A stretch of DNA of 64,000 nt, from NCBI GenBank assembly GCA_016182095.1, contig JACOXY010000010.1, positions 334 through 64,333 on the forward strand. Reading direction: 5' to 3'. The position numbers and the translations under genes were made by a program. Below are positions 17,252 to 26,354 of the stretch, piece after piece (position 1 is the first letter of the stretch; every line of letters begins with the position of its first letter). The DNA comes from Candidatus Liptonbacteria bacterium. Lineage in GTDB: Bacteria > Patescibacteriota > Minisyncoccia > UBA6257 > JACOXY01. The notes under the pieces are model-generated. The model did no database searches, was not told where the DNA came from, and saw only the letters and a list, made by a program, of their open reading frames with translations.

Positions 17252-18199
17252 CTATCTTCTCTTCCCATGGAAAGCTTTATGCACTTCTTTAAGGCCCTTG
17301 TTCGTGATGTGAGTATAAACTTGGGTGGTTGCGATATTCGCGTGCCCCAAAAGTTCCTGCACCGAGCGCAAGTCGGCTCCGTTTGTTAAGAGGTCGGTCG
17401 CGAAAAAATGCCTCAACATATGCGGAGTTATGCGATCTTGAACGCCAATTTGTTTGGCATAACCGTCAACCATTCTTTGGACCGCGCGAGATGTAATTCG
17501 CCCAATTACTTTTTCGCGCCTATTTGACCTATTAGACTCATTAGACTGGTGGGGCTTATTATTTTTATTCAGCGCCGGGTTGCCAGCGGCAAAACTTACA
17601 AACATCGCCTCTTCCGCGTCTTCCCTGCGATCAAGATAATTTTTAATTGCTTTTTTTGCTACATCCGCAAAAAAAACCACGCGAATTTTGTCTCCCTTGC
17701 CGCGCACACTTAACTCTCCGCGGTCTAAATTAATATAGCGGTTCAGGGCACACAATTCTGATAAGCGCAGCCCGGTAGAAAATAGTGTTTCCAAAATCGC
17801 CTTATCCCGCAAACCGCGAAGCGTTCCCGTGTCCGGCGCCCCCAAAAGAGATTTCAAATCCCGCTCGTCAGGAATATCAATTTGCCGCGATGGAGTCTTA
17901 GGAAGCTCAATTTTATCGGGAGATAAAACTTTTAAATCACGCTTGATTAAATACTTCAAAAAATTGCGAAGCGCTATTATATAATAAGCCTGGGTATTTT
18001 TTTTAATTTCTCTTCTCGCGAGCCAAAGTCTGAAGTTTCTGATTAGCTCTGCGTCTATATCTCTTACCGATTTTAGCTTGGACCACCCTAAAAAGATTTT
18101 TAGATATCGCCCATAATTTTCCTGTGTTTTTATGGATCGTCCTTTTTCAATCTCTAAATAATCCAGATATTCGTTTAGGTATTTCTCCGCTTCGTTCAT
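17252..18199 (-). CDS. xerC: Tyrosine site-specific recombinase, XerC/XerD family. Carries an in-frame N/K/S-rich low-complexity insertion.
   Basis: N-terminal SAM-like domain (YLDYLEIEKGRSIKTQENYGRYLKIF) and catalytic domain with R..HxxR..Y (HMLRHFFATDLL, LLGHANIATTQVYTH). Confidence 0.7.
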   Translation of the reverse strand: MNEAEKYLNEYLDYLEIEKGRSIKTQENYGRYLKIFLGWSKLKSVRDIDAELIRNFRLWLARREIKKNTQAYYIIALRNFLKYLIKRDLKVLSPDKIELPKTPSRQIDIPDERDLKSLLGAPDTGTLRGLRDKAILETLFSTGLRLSELCALNRYINLDRGELSVRGKGDKIRVVFFADVAKKAIKNYLDRREDAEEAMFVSFAAGNPALNKNNKPHQSNESNRSNRREKVIGRITSRAVQRMVDGYAKQIGVQDRITPHMLRHFFATDLLTNGADLRSVQELLGHANIATTQVYTHITNKGLKEVHKAFHGKRR

Positions 18200-18348
18200 A
18201 AGCTAATTATATCACAACATTGTGCGACAATTCATTTTAACCCCCAGCTATTGCGGAAAACTTGAATCTATGATAGAATGATTGAAAATTAAGTCGGGCT
18301 TTTTTATTTCGTAATTTCGTACTAATTTCGTAATTCGTTAGAGAAATC

Positions 18349-18615
18349 ATGTTAACTACTCGCAAAAAGCAGAATGTCATAAAAGAAATCCAGATACACG
18401 ATGCCGATACCGGCTCGGCAAACGTTCAAGTGGGACTCTTGAGCCGCCGGATTGATGAACTCTCGGGCCACCTAAAACAACACCCTAAAGATAATCATTC
18501 GAGGAGGGGTCTTTTGAAGATGGTCAATAAAAGAAGGAAGCTCCTAAAATATCTGGAAAAAAACGATGAAAAGAGTTATAATTCAATTATTAAAAAATTA
18601 GGCCTAAAAAAATAG
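18349..18615 (+). CDS. rpsO: 30S ribosomal protein S15.
   Basis: TGSANVQVGLLSRRIDELSGHLKQHPKDNHSRRGLLKMVNKRRKLLKYL. Confidence 0.85.
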   Translation: MLTTRKKQNVIKEIQIHDADTGSANVQVGLLSRRIDELSGHLKQHPKDNHSRRGLLKMVNKRRKLLKYLEKNDEKSYNSIIKKLGLKK

Positions 18616-18753
18616 CATGCGAACAGCGCTTAGCGAACGCGCCCATGCGAACTAAAAAATATACCGCGGACAATACGAATTGTATGCGAATGTTGCGAAT
18701 CAAGATTCGCAGTGTTCGCATGTGATTCGTTGGTTCGCATTACCAAACGAATG

Positions 18754-19296
18754 TCTACTTCTCAATACAAAGATCAGCGGGTCGGGATATTTATTGATAT
18801 TCAAAACCTCTACCACTCTGCCAAAAATCTTTACCGTGGCAGAGTAAATTACAAGGAGCTTGTAAAAAACCTCGTCTATGGCAGAAAACTGATAAGGACA
18901 ATGGCCTATGTCGTGAAAAGCGAAGGGCTGCTTGACGAGGAGGCCGAAGTCGCTCGCGAGAAAGAGGGCAAGGAGGCCGCCTTTTTTGAGGCGCTTGAGA
19001 ATGCCGGAATTGAATTAAGGGTAAAAGACATTCAAGTCTATCCTGGCGGCATGAAAAAGGCCGACTGGGATGTGGGGCTCGCGATTGATGCCGTAAGAAT
19101 GGCGCCGATGCTTGACGTCATAATTTTAGTCACCGGAGACGGGGACTTTATCCCACTGGTTGAATATCTGAAGTGGGGCATGGGCCGACAAGTGGAAGTC
19201 GCCGCCTTTGATAAAAGTACGTCCGCTAAACTCAAGGAGGTGGCCGATCATTTCATAAGCATTGATAAGATACCAAAAATCATTATAAAAAAGTAA
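18754..19296 (+). CDS. NYN-domain (LabA-like) protein. Likely true start MSTSQYK, internal to track ORF 18712..19296.
   Basis: VGIFIDIQNLYHSAKNL...ILVTGDGDFIPLVEYL matches the NYN/LabA family. Confidence 0.55.
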   Translation, partial: STSQYKDQRVGIFIDIQNLYHSAKNLYRGRVNYKELVKNLVYGRKLIRTMAYVVKSEGLLDEEAEVAREKEGKEAAFFEALENAGIELRVKDIQVYPGGMKKADWDVGLAIDAVRMAPMLDVIILVTGDGDFIPLVEYLKWGMGRQVEVAAFDKSTSAKLKEVADHFISIDKIPKIIIKK

Positions 19297-19344
19297 CTTT
19301 GATTATAATTTTAATTTTTAATTATTAATTTCAAATTTAAATTC

Positions 19345-21471
19345 ATGGACAAAGAAAATAAAATATATTCAATTGAAATTGGCGGTCGTGATTTAGTATT
19401 AGAATTCCCCGGTTACGCCGAACAGGCAAATTCTTCGGTGCTTGCCAAATACGGCGATACGGTAGTACACGTGGCAGTCGTGATGAGCAAGCACGAGCAA
19501 GATGGGCTGGACTATTTCCCGCTAACCGTTGATTATGAAGAAAAATTTTACGCCGCGGGTAAGATTTTGGGCAGCCGCTTTGTGCGGAGAGAGGGGAGGC
19601 CGTCGGATGAAGCAATACTGTCTGCCCGCTTGATTGATAGGGCGTTGCGTCCGCTCTTCAACCAAAAGATGAGGCGCGACGTGCAAGTTACTACCACCGT
19701 TCTTTCATTTGACGAAGAAAACGATCCCGATGAAATAGCCTTAATTGCCGCATCAGCCGCGCTAGTACAATCGGATATTCCATTCAAAGGACCGGTCGCT
19801 GGCTTAAAAATTGCGAGGATCGGAAATGAGCTTTCCGTAAACCCAAAAATGTCTCTCCTTAAAAATGGCGAGCATCAATTTGAAATTTTCACGTCCGGAA
19901 CCGTTGATAAAATAAATATGGTTGAAATGGAGGGATTAGACGCCAAAGAGGAAGATCTTATTGCCGCTTTTGAGTTGGCCCAAAAAGAAATTAATCGTCT
20001 AAATAAAATACAGGATGAAATTCGGGAAAAAATCGGGAAAGAGAAGGCGGAAGTGTATTTGGCAGAAACAGACGAGGTTTTAAGAGCCGCGGTAAAAGAA
20101 TTCTTAAAAAATAAGCTTGAGGCGGCGGTTTATACAACTGAAAAGATTGACCGACAAAGCAAGATGAACGTATTAAAACATGAAATGAAAGAATTTTTGG
20201 AGGGCAATAAATATGATGAGAAAGCGGTTAACTCCGCAGAAGAATTTTTTGAAGACGAGATAAACAACCTCATACACGAAAAGGTGTTAAAAGAAAACAA
20301 GAGACCTGACGGCCGGGCGACCGACGAACTACGCGCGCTGAATTCCAGAGTCGGGCTTTTTGAAAGAACTCACGGTTCGGCGCTATTTACGCGAGGCAAT
20401 ACCCGGTCGCTCGCGATAACAACCCTGGGGCCGCCAAGTTCTCATAAGCTCGTTGAAACCATGGAGTCAACGGAGAAAAAGAGATTCATGCTTCATTATA
20501 ATTTCCCGAAATATTCAACCGGGGAAACTGGAATGTCGCGCGGTCCGGGCAGAAGAGAAATCGGTCATGGAGCGCTGGCCGAAAAAGCCGTAAGGCGCCT
20601 AATCCCCACCGCCGACATTTTTCCTTACACCATCAGAGTTGTTTCCGAAATCATGTCTTCCAATGGGTCGTCCTCAATGGCAACCGTTTGCGGCACAGTG
20701 CTTTCTTTGATGGATGCCGGGGTGCCGATTAAAAAACCAGCGGCTGGCATAGCGATGGGGCTCATGGTAAATCAAAAATTAGAGGATAAAAATCAAGAAA
20801 TAGAATACAAAGTTCTAACTGACATTCAGGGACCGGAAGATCACCACGGAGATATGGATTTCAAAGTAGCCGGGACTGCGGACGGCGTAAACGCCATTCA
20901 GCTGGACGTAAAGATAGATGGACTAAACACCAAAATGATAAAAGACACTTTAGAACAGGCAAGAAAAGCGCGCCTTCAGATATTGGATAATATGCTCGCC
21001 GCCCTAAAGGAGCCTCGCAAAGAACTCTCTAAATACGCTCCGTCAATCATAACTATAAAAATTGACCCCGAAAAAATAGGAGAGGTTATCGGCCCTGGCG
21101 GGAAGATGATTAATGGGATCATTGAAAGAACCGGCGCGATTGCTATTGATATAGAGGAAGACGGCACAGTATTTATAACAGCCCCCAATCAGGAATCTGG
21201 AAGCATGGCCCTGGAAGCGGTGAAGAGTGTTGTAAGAGAATTTAAGGCCGGCGATATAGTTGAGGGCAAAGTAATTAAAATACTGGACTTTGGAGCTATT
21301 GTGGACTTGGGCGGCGGCAAAGACGGCATGATACACGTATCGGAGCTTAAACAGGGCTTTGTTAAAAAAGTTGAGGACGTTGTGCGTTTGGGAGATTTTG
21401 TAAGAGCCAAGGTTATAAACGTAGAAAACGGCAAGACCGGACTATCAATAAAACAGTTGGGGAGTAGATGA
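19345..21471 (+). CDS. pnp: Polyribonucleotide nucleotidyltransferase (PNPase).
   Basis: Two RNase PH domains, KH and S1 domain (GDIVEGKVIKILDFGAIVDL). 708 aa. Confidence 0.9.
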   Translation: MDKENKIYSIEIGGRDLVLEFPGYAEQANSSVLAKYGDTVVHVAVVMSKHEQDGLDYFPLTVDYEEKFYAAGKILGSRFVRREGRPSDEAILSARLIDRALRPLFNQKMRRDVQVTTTVLSFDEENDPDEIALIAASAALVQSDIPFKGPVAGLKIARIGNELSVNPKMSLLKNGEHQFEIFTSGTVDKINMVEMEGLDAKEEDLIAAFELAQKEINRLNKIQDEIREKIGKEKAEVYLAETDEVLRAAVKEFLKNKLEAAVYTTEKIDRQSKMNVLKHEMKEFLEGNKYDEKAVNSAEEFFEDEINNLIHEKVLKENKRPDGRATDELRALNSRVGLFERTHGSALFTRGNTRSLAITTLGPPSSHKLVETMESTEKKRFMLHYNFPKYSTGETGMSRGPGRREIGHGALAEKAVRRLIPTADIFPYTIRVVSEIMSSNGSSSMATVCGTVLSLMDAGVPIKKPAAGIAMGLMVNQKLEDKNQEIEYKVLTDIQGPEDHHGDMDFKVAGTADGVNAIQLDVKIDGLNTKMIKDTLEQARKARLQILDNMLAALKEPRKELSKYAPSIITIKIDPEKIGEVIGPGGKMINGIIERTGAIAIDIEEDGTVFITAPNQESGSMALEAVKSVVREFKAGDIVEGKVIKILDFGAIVDLGGGKDGMIHVSELKQGFVKKVEDVVRLGDFVRAKVINVENGKTGLSIKQLGSR

Positions 21472-21495
21472 TTGGCATATGGTCGGCGACGGTTA

Positions 21496-21520
21496 GAAAA
21501 AATGCCTCCGGGCATTTTTT
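21496..21520 (+). terminator. pnp intrinsic terminator (AAAAAATGCC TCCG GGCATTTTTT).
   Basis: Read directly in the sequence. Confidence 0.6.
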
Positions 21521-21703
21521 CTTTATGTGAATAATGAATATGGTATAATAGAAGTACTTATTATTAAATATACCGTCGATAACACAAAAATTATTTTACG
21601 GAATACTAATTAAGAAAATACCAATCCCTTTTCGTATTTTCGCTCGCCGTGCCGAAGTCTTCGGTATAGTGCTGGTACTATTTTGTATTTCGTCATATAA
21701 CTC

Positions 21704-22702
21704 ATGAAAATTTTCCCGGATCCGAATGAACAAAATGATGGTGGCGCGGTAAGGCCGCCGCCGCCCCCACCGATAACCATACGCACAATGGATTCAGACG
21801 TAAAATCGGTAGAACAAACTGGCGGAGGCAGACCGGTGGGCGAAACATTGAACTTGGGTTCCGAAGGCGTAAAACGCCCGGAGCCGCCAAAGCTCACCGA
21901 AGAAGGCGTAAAAATAAAAATACCCGGCTATTCCGGTCCCGAAGAAAAATTATTTTCCCCGGAAACGCTCCCGGAACAAAAACCGGAGATGATAGCAGAG
22001 AAAAAATCTTTCAAGGCGCTTCCGGTTGTTATAATTATCGTGGTTGCCGCGCTAATCGGAGCGGCAGGATATTACTTTGTGTATCCTCTGCTCTTACAAA
22101 CAGAAGTCCCCGTGGGTGATGTTGGAATGTCCGCGAACCCTCCGCCGCCTCCTCCGCCGCCAGCCGCCACACACGCGCCGCTAATCTTATCAGATAAGGC
22201 TGAAGAATCCACATCAATGTCCGCGGCATCCCAAGAAACTATAGCGGGAGCACCGATATTAAAAGAGGTTATATTAAAAAATCAAGAAGGAGCAGCCGTT
22301 TTGCTCTCCGAGTATTTGCCAAGTCTAGTGCCAGAATTTAGCGTGAGTGAATTAATAGCAACTTTTGAAGAAGACTTTACGGCATTTGTATATTATGACG
22401 AAAACGGTTCTTGGCCGGGATATGTACTAAAAAGAAAAGAGGGGGTCTCGCCGCTCATAGCCCAAAATTATTTGGGTAAATTGGAAAGCTCGCAAAATTT
22501 GAAAAGTTTGTTTATAGAGGACCCCGGAGAGGTAAGCGGTGAGTTCAAGAGCGGAGAATATAAGGGTGTCGCGACAAGATATCTGGTTTACGCCAATAAA
22601 AATGCCGCGGTAGATTATGCTTGGGCAAACGGAGACTTGCTTGTTCTTACCACATATTTCCCTGCCCTCAAAGAAGTGCTGGACAACAGGATAAATAAAT
22701 AG
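21704..22702 (+). CDS. Membrane-anchored protein with two poly-proline tracts. Unknown function.
   Basis: PPPPPP and PPPPPPPP runs. One TM (ALPVVIIIVVAALIGAAGYYFVYPLLL). Confidence 0.35.
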   Translation: MKIFPDPNEQNDGGAVRPPPPPPITIRTMDSDVKSVEQTGGGRPVGETLNLGSEGVKRPEPPKLTEEGVKIKIPGYSGPEEKLFSPETLPEQKPEMIAEKKSFKALPVVIIIVVAALIGAAGYYFVYPLLLQTEVPVGDVGMSANPPPPPPPPAATHAPLILSDKAEESTSMSAASQETIAGAPILKEVILKNQEGAAVLLSEYLPSLVPEFSVSELIATFEEDFTAFVYYDENGSWPGYVLKRKEGVSPLIAQNYLGKLESSQNLKSLFIEDPGEVSGEFKSGEYKGVATRYLVYANKNAAVDYAWANGDLLVLTTYFPALKEVLDNRINK

Positions 22703-22816
22703 ATTTGGTTATTCGCTCGCCTTGCCAAAGCCCTTGGCGAAGCGCAGGCTCGCCTTGAGCATGGCCGAAAGGCTCGTCTTGACTTCAATTTTGCATTACT
22801 ATAAAGTAAGCTTGTT

Positions 22817-23164
22817 ATGATACCTCAAGAAAAATTAAATCAGTTAAAGCAAAAACTGGAGGGGGAGAAAGAGACAATTGAGCAGGAAATAAAGGAGCTG
22901 GAAAAAGCTCCGGATTTTGGCGATTCTGCCGCCGATCCGGAAGCCGAAGAAGTGGACGAGGCGGAAGAGTGGAGCACTAATAACGCCTTGTCTCAAAATC
23001 TTAAAGTGCGCCTCTTGGAAATCAACAGCGCTCTTTCTAAAATTATAAACGGCGGAGAATATGGGATTTGCGAAAAATGCGGCAAGGAAATGGAAATAGG
23101 ACTCTTAGAAATTGACCCCGAATCAAGACTTTGCAAGGAATGTAAGCTCAACACCAAGTTATAA
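22817..23164 (+). CDS. DksA/TraR-family C4 zinc-finger protein.
   Basis: Coiled-coil N-terminus plus C-terminal CEKCGKEM...CKEC zinc finger. Confidence 0.55.
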   Translation: MIPQEKLNQLKQKLEGEKETIEQEIKELEKAPDFGDSAADPEAEEVDEAEEWSTNNALSQNLKVRLLEINSALSKIINGGEYGICEKCGKEMEIGLLEIDPESRLCKECKLNTKL

Positions 23165-23246
23165 CGATCTAATCGTTCTAGTCGTTCTATCGCTGTTTAT
23201 ATTTGCGATTATAACGTTTATAACGCTATAACGGCTACAACGCACC

Positions 23247-24779
23247 ATGGACTCCTTTTCAAAAGTCTATGCCGCCGAACTTGATGGCATAGATGCCAAG
23301 TTAATAGATGTGGAAATCGACATTAATGTTGGGCTCCACGCATTCAACATTGTCGGCCTCGCGGATAAGGCTCTTTCCGAAGCCAAAGAGCGGGTGAACT
23401 CCGCTCTTAAAAATTCTGATTTAAAACCGCCCAATAAAGAAAACAGGAAAATTATCGTAAACCTGGCGCCGGCAGACGTTAAAAAAGCCGGCTCTCAATA
23501 CGATCTCGCCATAGCCATAGGTTATGCCCTGGCAACCAAGCAAATAAGGAACTTTGAAACGCGTGATAAGATTTTTGTGGGAGAACTGGCGCTAAATGGA
23601 GAATTACGGCCGATAAGCGGCGGATTAAACATCTCCGAAATGGCAGCCAAGTCAAATTTTAAATACGTTTTTTTGCCGAAAGAGAACGCGGAAGAGGCAG
23701 CAGTTATAAGTGAAATAAAAGTAATACCGGCGACATCATTAAAAGAAATAGTCGGCTTTCTTGAAAATCCCGAAAGAATTAGCGGTTTACAAACGAAGCT
23801 CCGTGGCAGGAAAAGATCAGACCATCACATTAAATTTGGAGATATAAAAGGACAGGGGAACGCCAAAAGGGCAATGGCCATAGCAGCCGCCGGCGGGCAT
23901 AACCTCCTGATGATTGGCCCCCCCGGATCCGGGAAGAGCTTAATGGCCGAAGCCATGATATCAATCCTGCCAAACTTGGCGTTGGAAGAGGCCATAGAAA
24001 TAACAAAGATTTACAGCGCCGCAGGACTTAATAAGGAAGGCCTGATGCAAAAAAGGCCTTTCAGGGCGCCGCACCACACGGCTTCAGCAATATCAATAAT
24101 AGGCGGCGGGAGTAACCCAAGGCCCGGAGAAATAAGCTTGGCACATCGTGGGATCTTATTTCTAGACGAACTGCCGGAGTTTCCAAGAAATATTCTTGAG
24201 TCCTTACGCCAACCTCTGGAGTCCGGCAAGGTGCATATTTCGCGCGCCAAGGCAAGCTTGATATTCCCCGCGCGATTTACGCTTATCGCCGCCATGAATC
24301 CTTGTCCATGCGGATACTTTGGAGACACTGACATAGAGTGCCGTTGTACCGCGAATGAAGTATTTAGATATCAGAAAAAAATATCGGGACCCCTCTTAGA
24401 CAGGATAGATATGCAAATCACAGTTCCCAGAATTAAAACTGATGAGCTTTTGGGGAAAAACGATGGCGACAATAGTCCAGATATAGCGGCAACCATCGAA
24501 AGGGCAAGAGGGGCTCAAGCTATGCGATTCAAGAATTGGAAAAGGCCGATCTACGCCAATTCAGAAATGTCTTCAAAAGAGTGCGACGCAAACATTAATC
24601 TTGCAAATGATGCCGAAAACTTTCTAAAGAAGCTTTTGGAAGAAAATTTCATATCAGCCAGGGGTTATTATAGAATCCTGAAAACGGCCCGCACTATTGC
24701 AGACCTCGCGGAGTCAGACTCTGTAAAAAAAGAACACCTTGCGGAGGCGTTTGGATACCGCATTAGACAAAAGGAATAG
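23247..24779 (+). CDS. comM: YifB/ComM-family Mg-chelatase-like AAA+ ATPase (competence-associated helicase family).
   Basis: Lon-like N-terminal domain, Walker A GPPGSGKS, ILFLDELPEF, C-terminal Mg-chelatase domain. Confidence 0.8.
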   Translation: MDSFSKVYAAELDGIDAKLIDVEIDINVGLHAFNIVGLADKALSEAKERVNSALKNSDLKPPNKENRKIIVNLAPADVKKAGSQYDLAIAIGYALATKQIRNFETRDKIFVGELALNGELRPISGGLNISEMAAKSNFKYVFLPKENAEEAAVISEIKVIPATSLKEIVGFLENPERISGLQTKLRGRKRSDHHIKFGDIKGQGNAKRAMAIAAAGGHNLLMIGPPGSGKSLMAEAMISILPNLALEEAIEITKIYSAAGLNKEGLMQKRPFRAPHHTASAISIIGGGSNPRPGEISLAHRGILFLDELPEFPRNILESLRQPLESGKVHISRAKASLIFPARFTLIAAMNPCPCGYFGDTDIECRCTANEVFRYQKKISGPLLDRIDMQITVPRIKTDELLGKNDGDNSPDIAATIERARGAQAMRFKNWKRPIYANSEMSSKECDANINLANDAENFLKKLLEENFISARGYYRILKTARTIADLAESDSVKKEHLAEAFGYRIRQKE

Positions 24780-25091
24780 ACTTAAGCCCTCTACGAGGAC
24801 GGTCCTCGTAGAGAATGGTTTATTTCACAAAAGGGTTCGGGAACCACTTTGTGAAATAGTTGAAAACGCGTTGCGAGGTAAAATTAAAAATTTCAAGGCT
24901 TGCCGACAAAGCTGTATCCGGTGCGATACAGCGAGGAGACATAACACAGAAATTTTTAATTTTAACCGCAACCCAAAGAGATATGCCAATTTAAAAGAAT
25001 CGCGGTGTTGCCCCTCGTCGTCGTATCACTGGGGATACGCCGTCCTCGTCACGTCTTGCGCTTCTTTTAAATTGGCTATATCGCGCCTCAA

Positions 25092-26099
25092 CTATTTCAC
25101 AAAGGGGTTCCTAGCTCCCTCAACTTCAAAATGCAAATGACATCCCGTGCTACCATGCACATTGCCGGTATTCCCGATTTTGGCAACCTGCGCGCCTTTC
25201 TCAATAAAATCACCCATCTGAACCAGATTTTCTTTGGTGTGAGCATAGGTTGTCTTAGTGCCGTTATTATGTTCTAAAACCACAAAGCCGCCATATCCGG
25301 AGTTCCATTTATCAGGACTACCAACTTTTAGAACCAAGCCGTCGGCTGATGCATAGACAGGGGTGCCGCAAACATTCGCTATATCCACGGCATTCGCTTG
25401 ATGCAAAACTCCCCAGTTCCAGCTATTTAAGAGTGCCGGAAAACCGAAAAATCCAACAATGGAAGGCAACTGCGGCAAAGAGCTTATGATAGAAGCCAGA
25501 GTTCTTTGGGGCTTACCGCTCGGGATAATGAGTGACGTGCCAGCTTTTAGTTCCAGGGAATTTTCAATCTTATTCGCCGATTTTATTTTTGAAACATCAA
25601 CCCCAAAGACAGAAGCAACTGACGCAAGCGTGTCGCCATCTTTAGTTTTATAAAGCACTCCGGAAACCGGCAAAATAATAAGTTCTTCATCAATACTTAA
25701 AACACCGCGGCCGATTTTAGGATTGGCCCAAAGAATAGTATTAACGGATATGCCAAATTGAGCTGCTATTTTGGAAAGATTGTCGCCAGACCGAACCCGA
25801 TATACCATAAGACCATTTTGCACCTCGGTTCCCCCGCCAAAAACAGAGCCCCTGTTATAGACAGAGGCGCTCGCCTCTGAAATTAGCCCACGCCCCCCTT
25901 CGCCCCCCAACCCCATTCCCTCGGTCGGAGCGCCTGGATTCTGGAGAGCATACAAAACCACTGATTCATCCCCAGAATTAATGTAGAAAGCGCCATCCGC
26001 AGGACCGCCAAAAACGCCGTTTCGCAAAATATCGGCCGAGGCAGAATTAAGAACCGCGTTCAGAGTTAAAACCGCAAAAACAAGAACGCTTACAAACAA
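25092..26099 (-). CDS. Secreted LysM-domain + M23 family metallopeptidase.
   Basis: LysM (YRVRSGDNLSKIAAQFGISV, YKTKDGDTLASVASVFGVDV) and M23 motifs (HNNGTKTTYAH, GNTGNVHGSTGCHLHFE). Confidence 0.8.
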   Translation of the reverse strand: MFVSVLVFAVLTLNAVLNSASADILRNGVFGGPADGAFYINSGDESVVLYALQNPGAPTEGMGLGGEGGRGLISEASASVYNRGSVFGGGTEVQNGLMVYRVRSGDNLSKIAAQFGISVNTILWANPKIGRGVLSIDEELIILPVSGVLYKTKDGDTLASVASVFGVDVSKIKSANKIENSLELKAGTSLIIPSGKPQRTLASIISSLPQLPSIVGFFGFPALLNSWNWGVLHQANAVDIANVCGTPVYASADGLVLKVGSPDKWNSGYGGFVVLEHNNGTKTTYAHTKENLVQMGDFIEKGAQVAKIGNTGNVHGSTGCHLHFEVEGARNPFVK

Positions 26100-26183
26100 A
26101 AGCGATGGCGAGGTCCAGTCAAAAGCAAGTCCGCTTCTGAAAACCGTTTTCCTAAATTGTGAGAAAATGTTACTAATAGTAGG

Positions 26184-26311
26184 TATAATGCGAAACTACG
26201 AATGAATCATGCCTATAGCCTGTCGGCTCGGCCGATTAAGGCGAAACTTGCGAATAAGAGATTTGCCCTTTTCGCGTATTTCGCATGAGTTTATTAGCAC
26301 ATTTCGCATTA
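26184..26311. mobile_element. Repeat family F2 copy 1. About 128 bp. Core ATGCCTATAGCCTGTCGGCTCGGCCGATTAAGGCGAAA, ends carry ATAATGCGAAA inverted repeats.
   Basis: Core is identical in three places (26208, 40668, 44908). GCGAAA/TTTCGC-rich flanks read directly. Confidence 0.6.
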
Positions 26312-26354
26312 TGCTTGGTTCAAACAAAAAAGCCGCTTACGCGACTACCCCATT

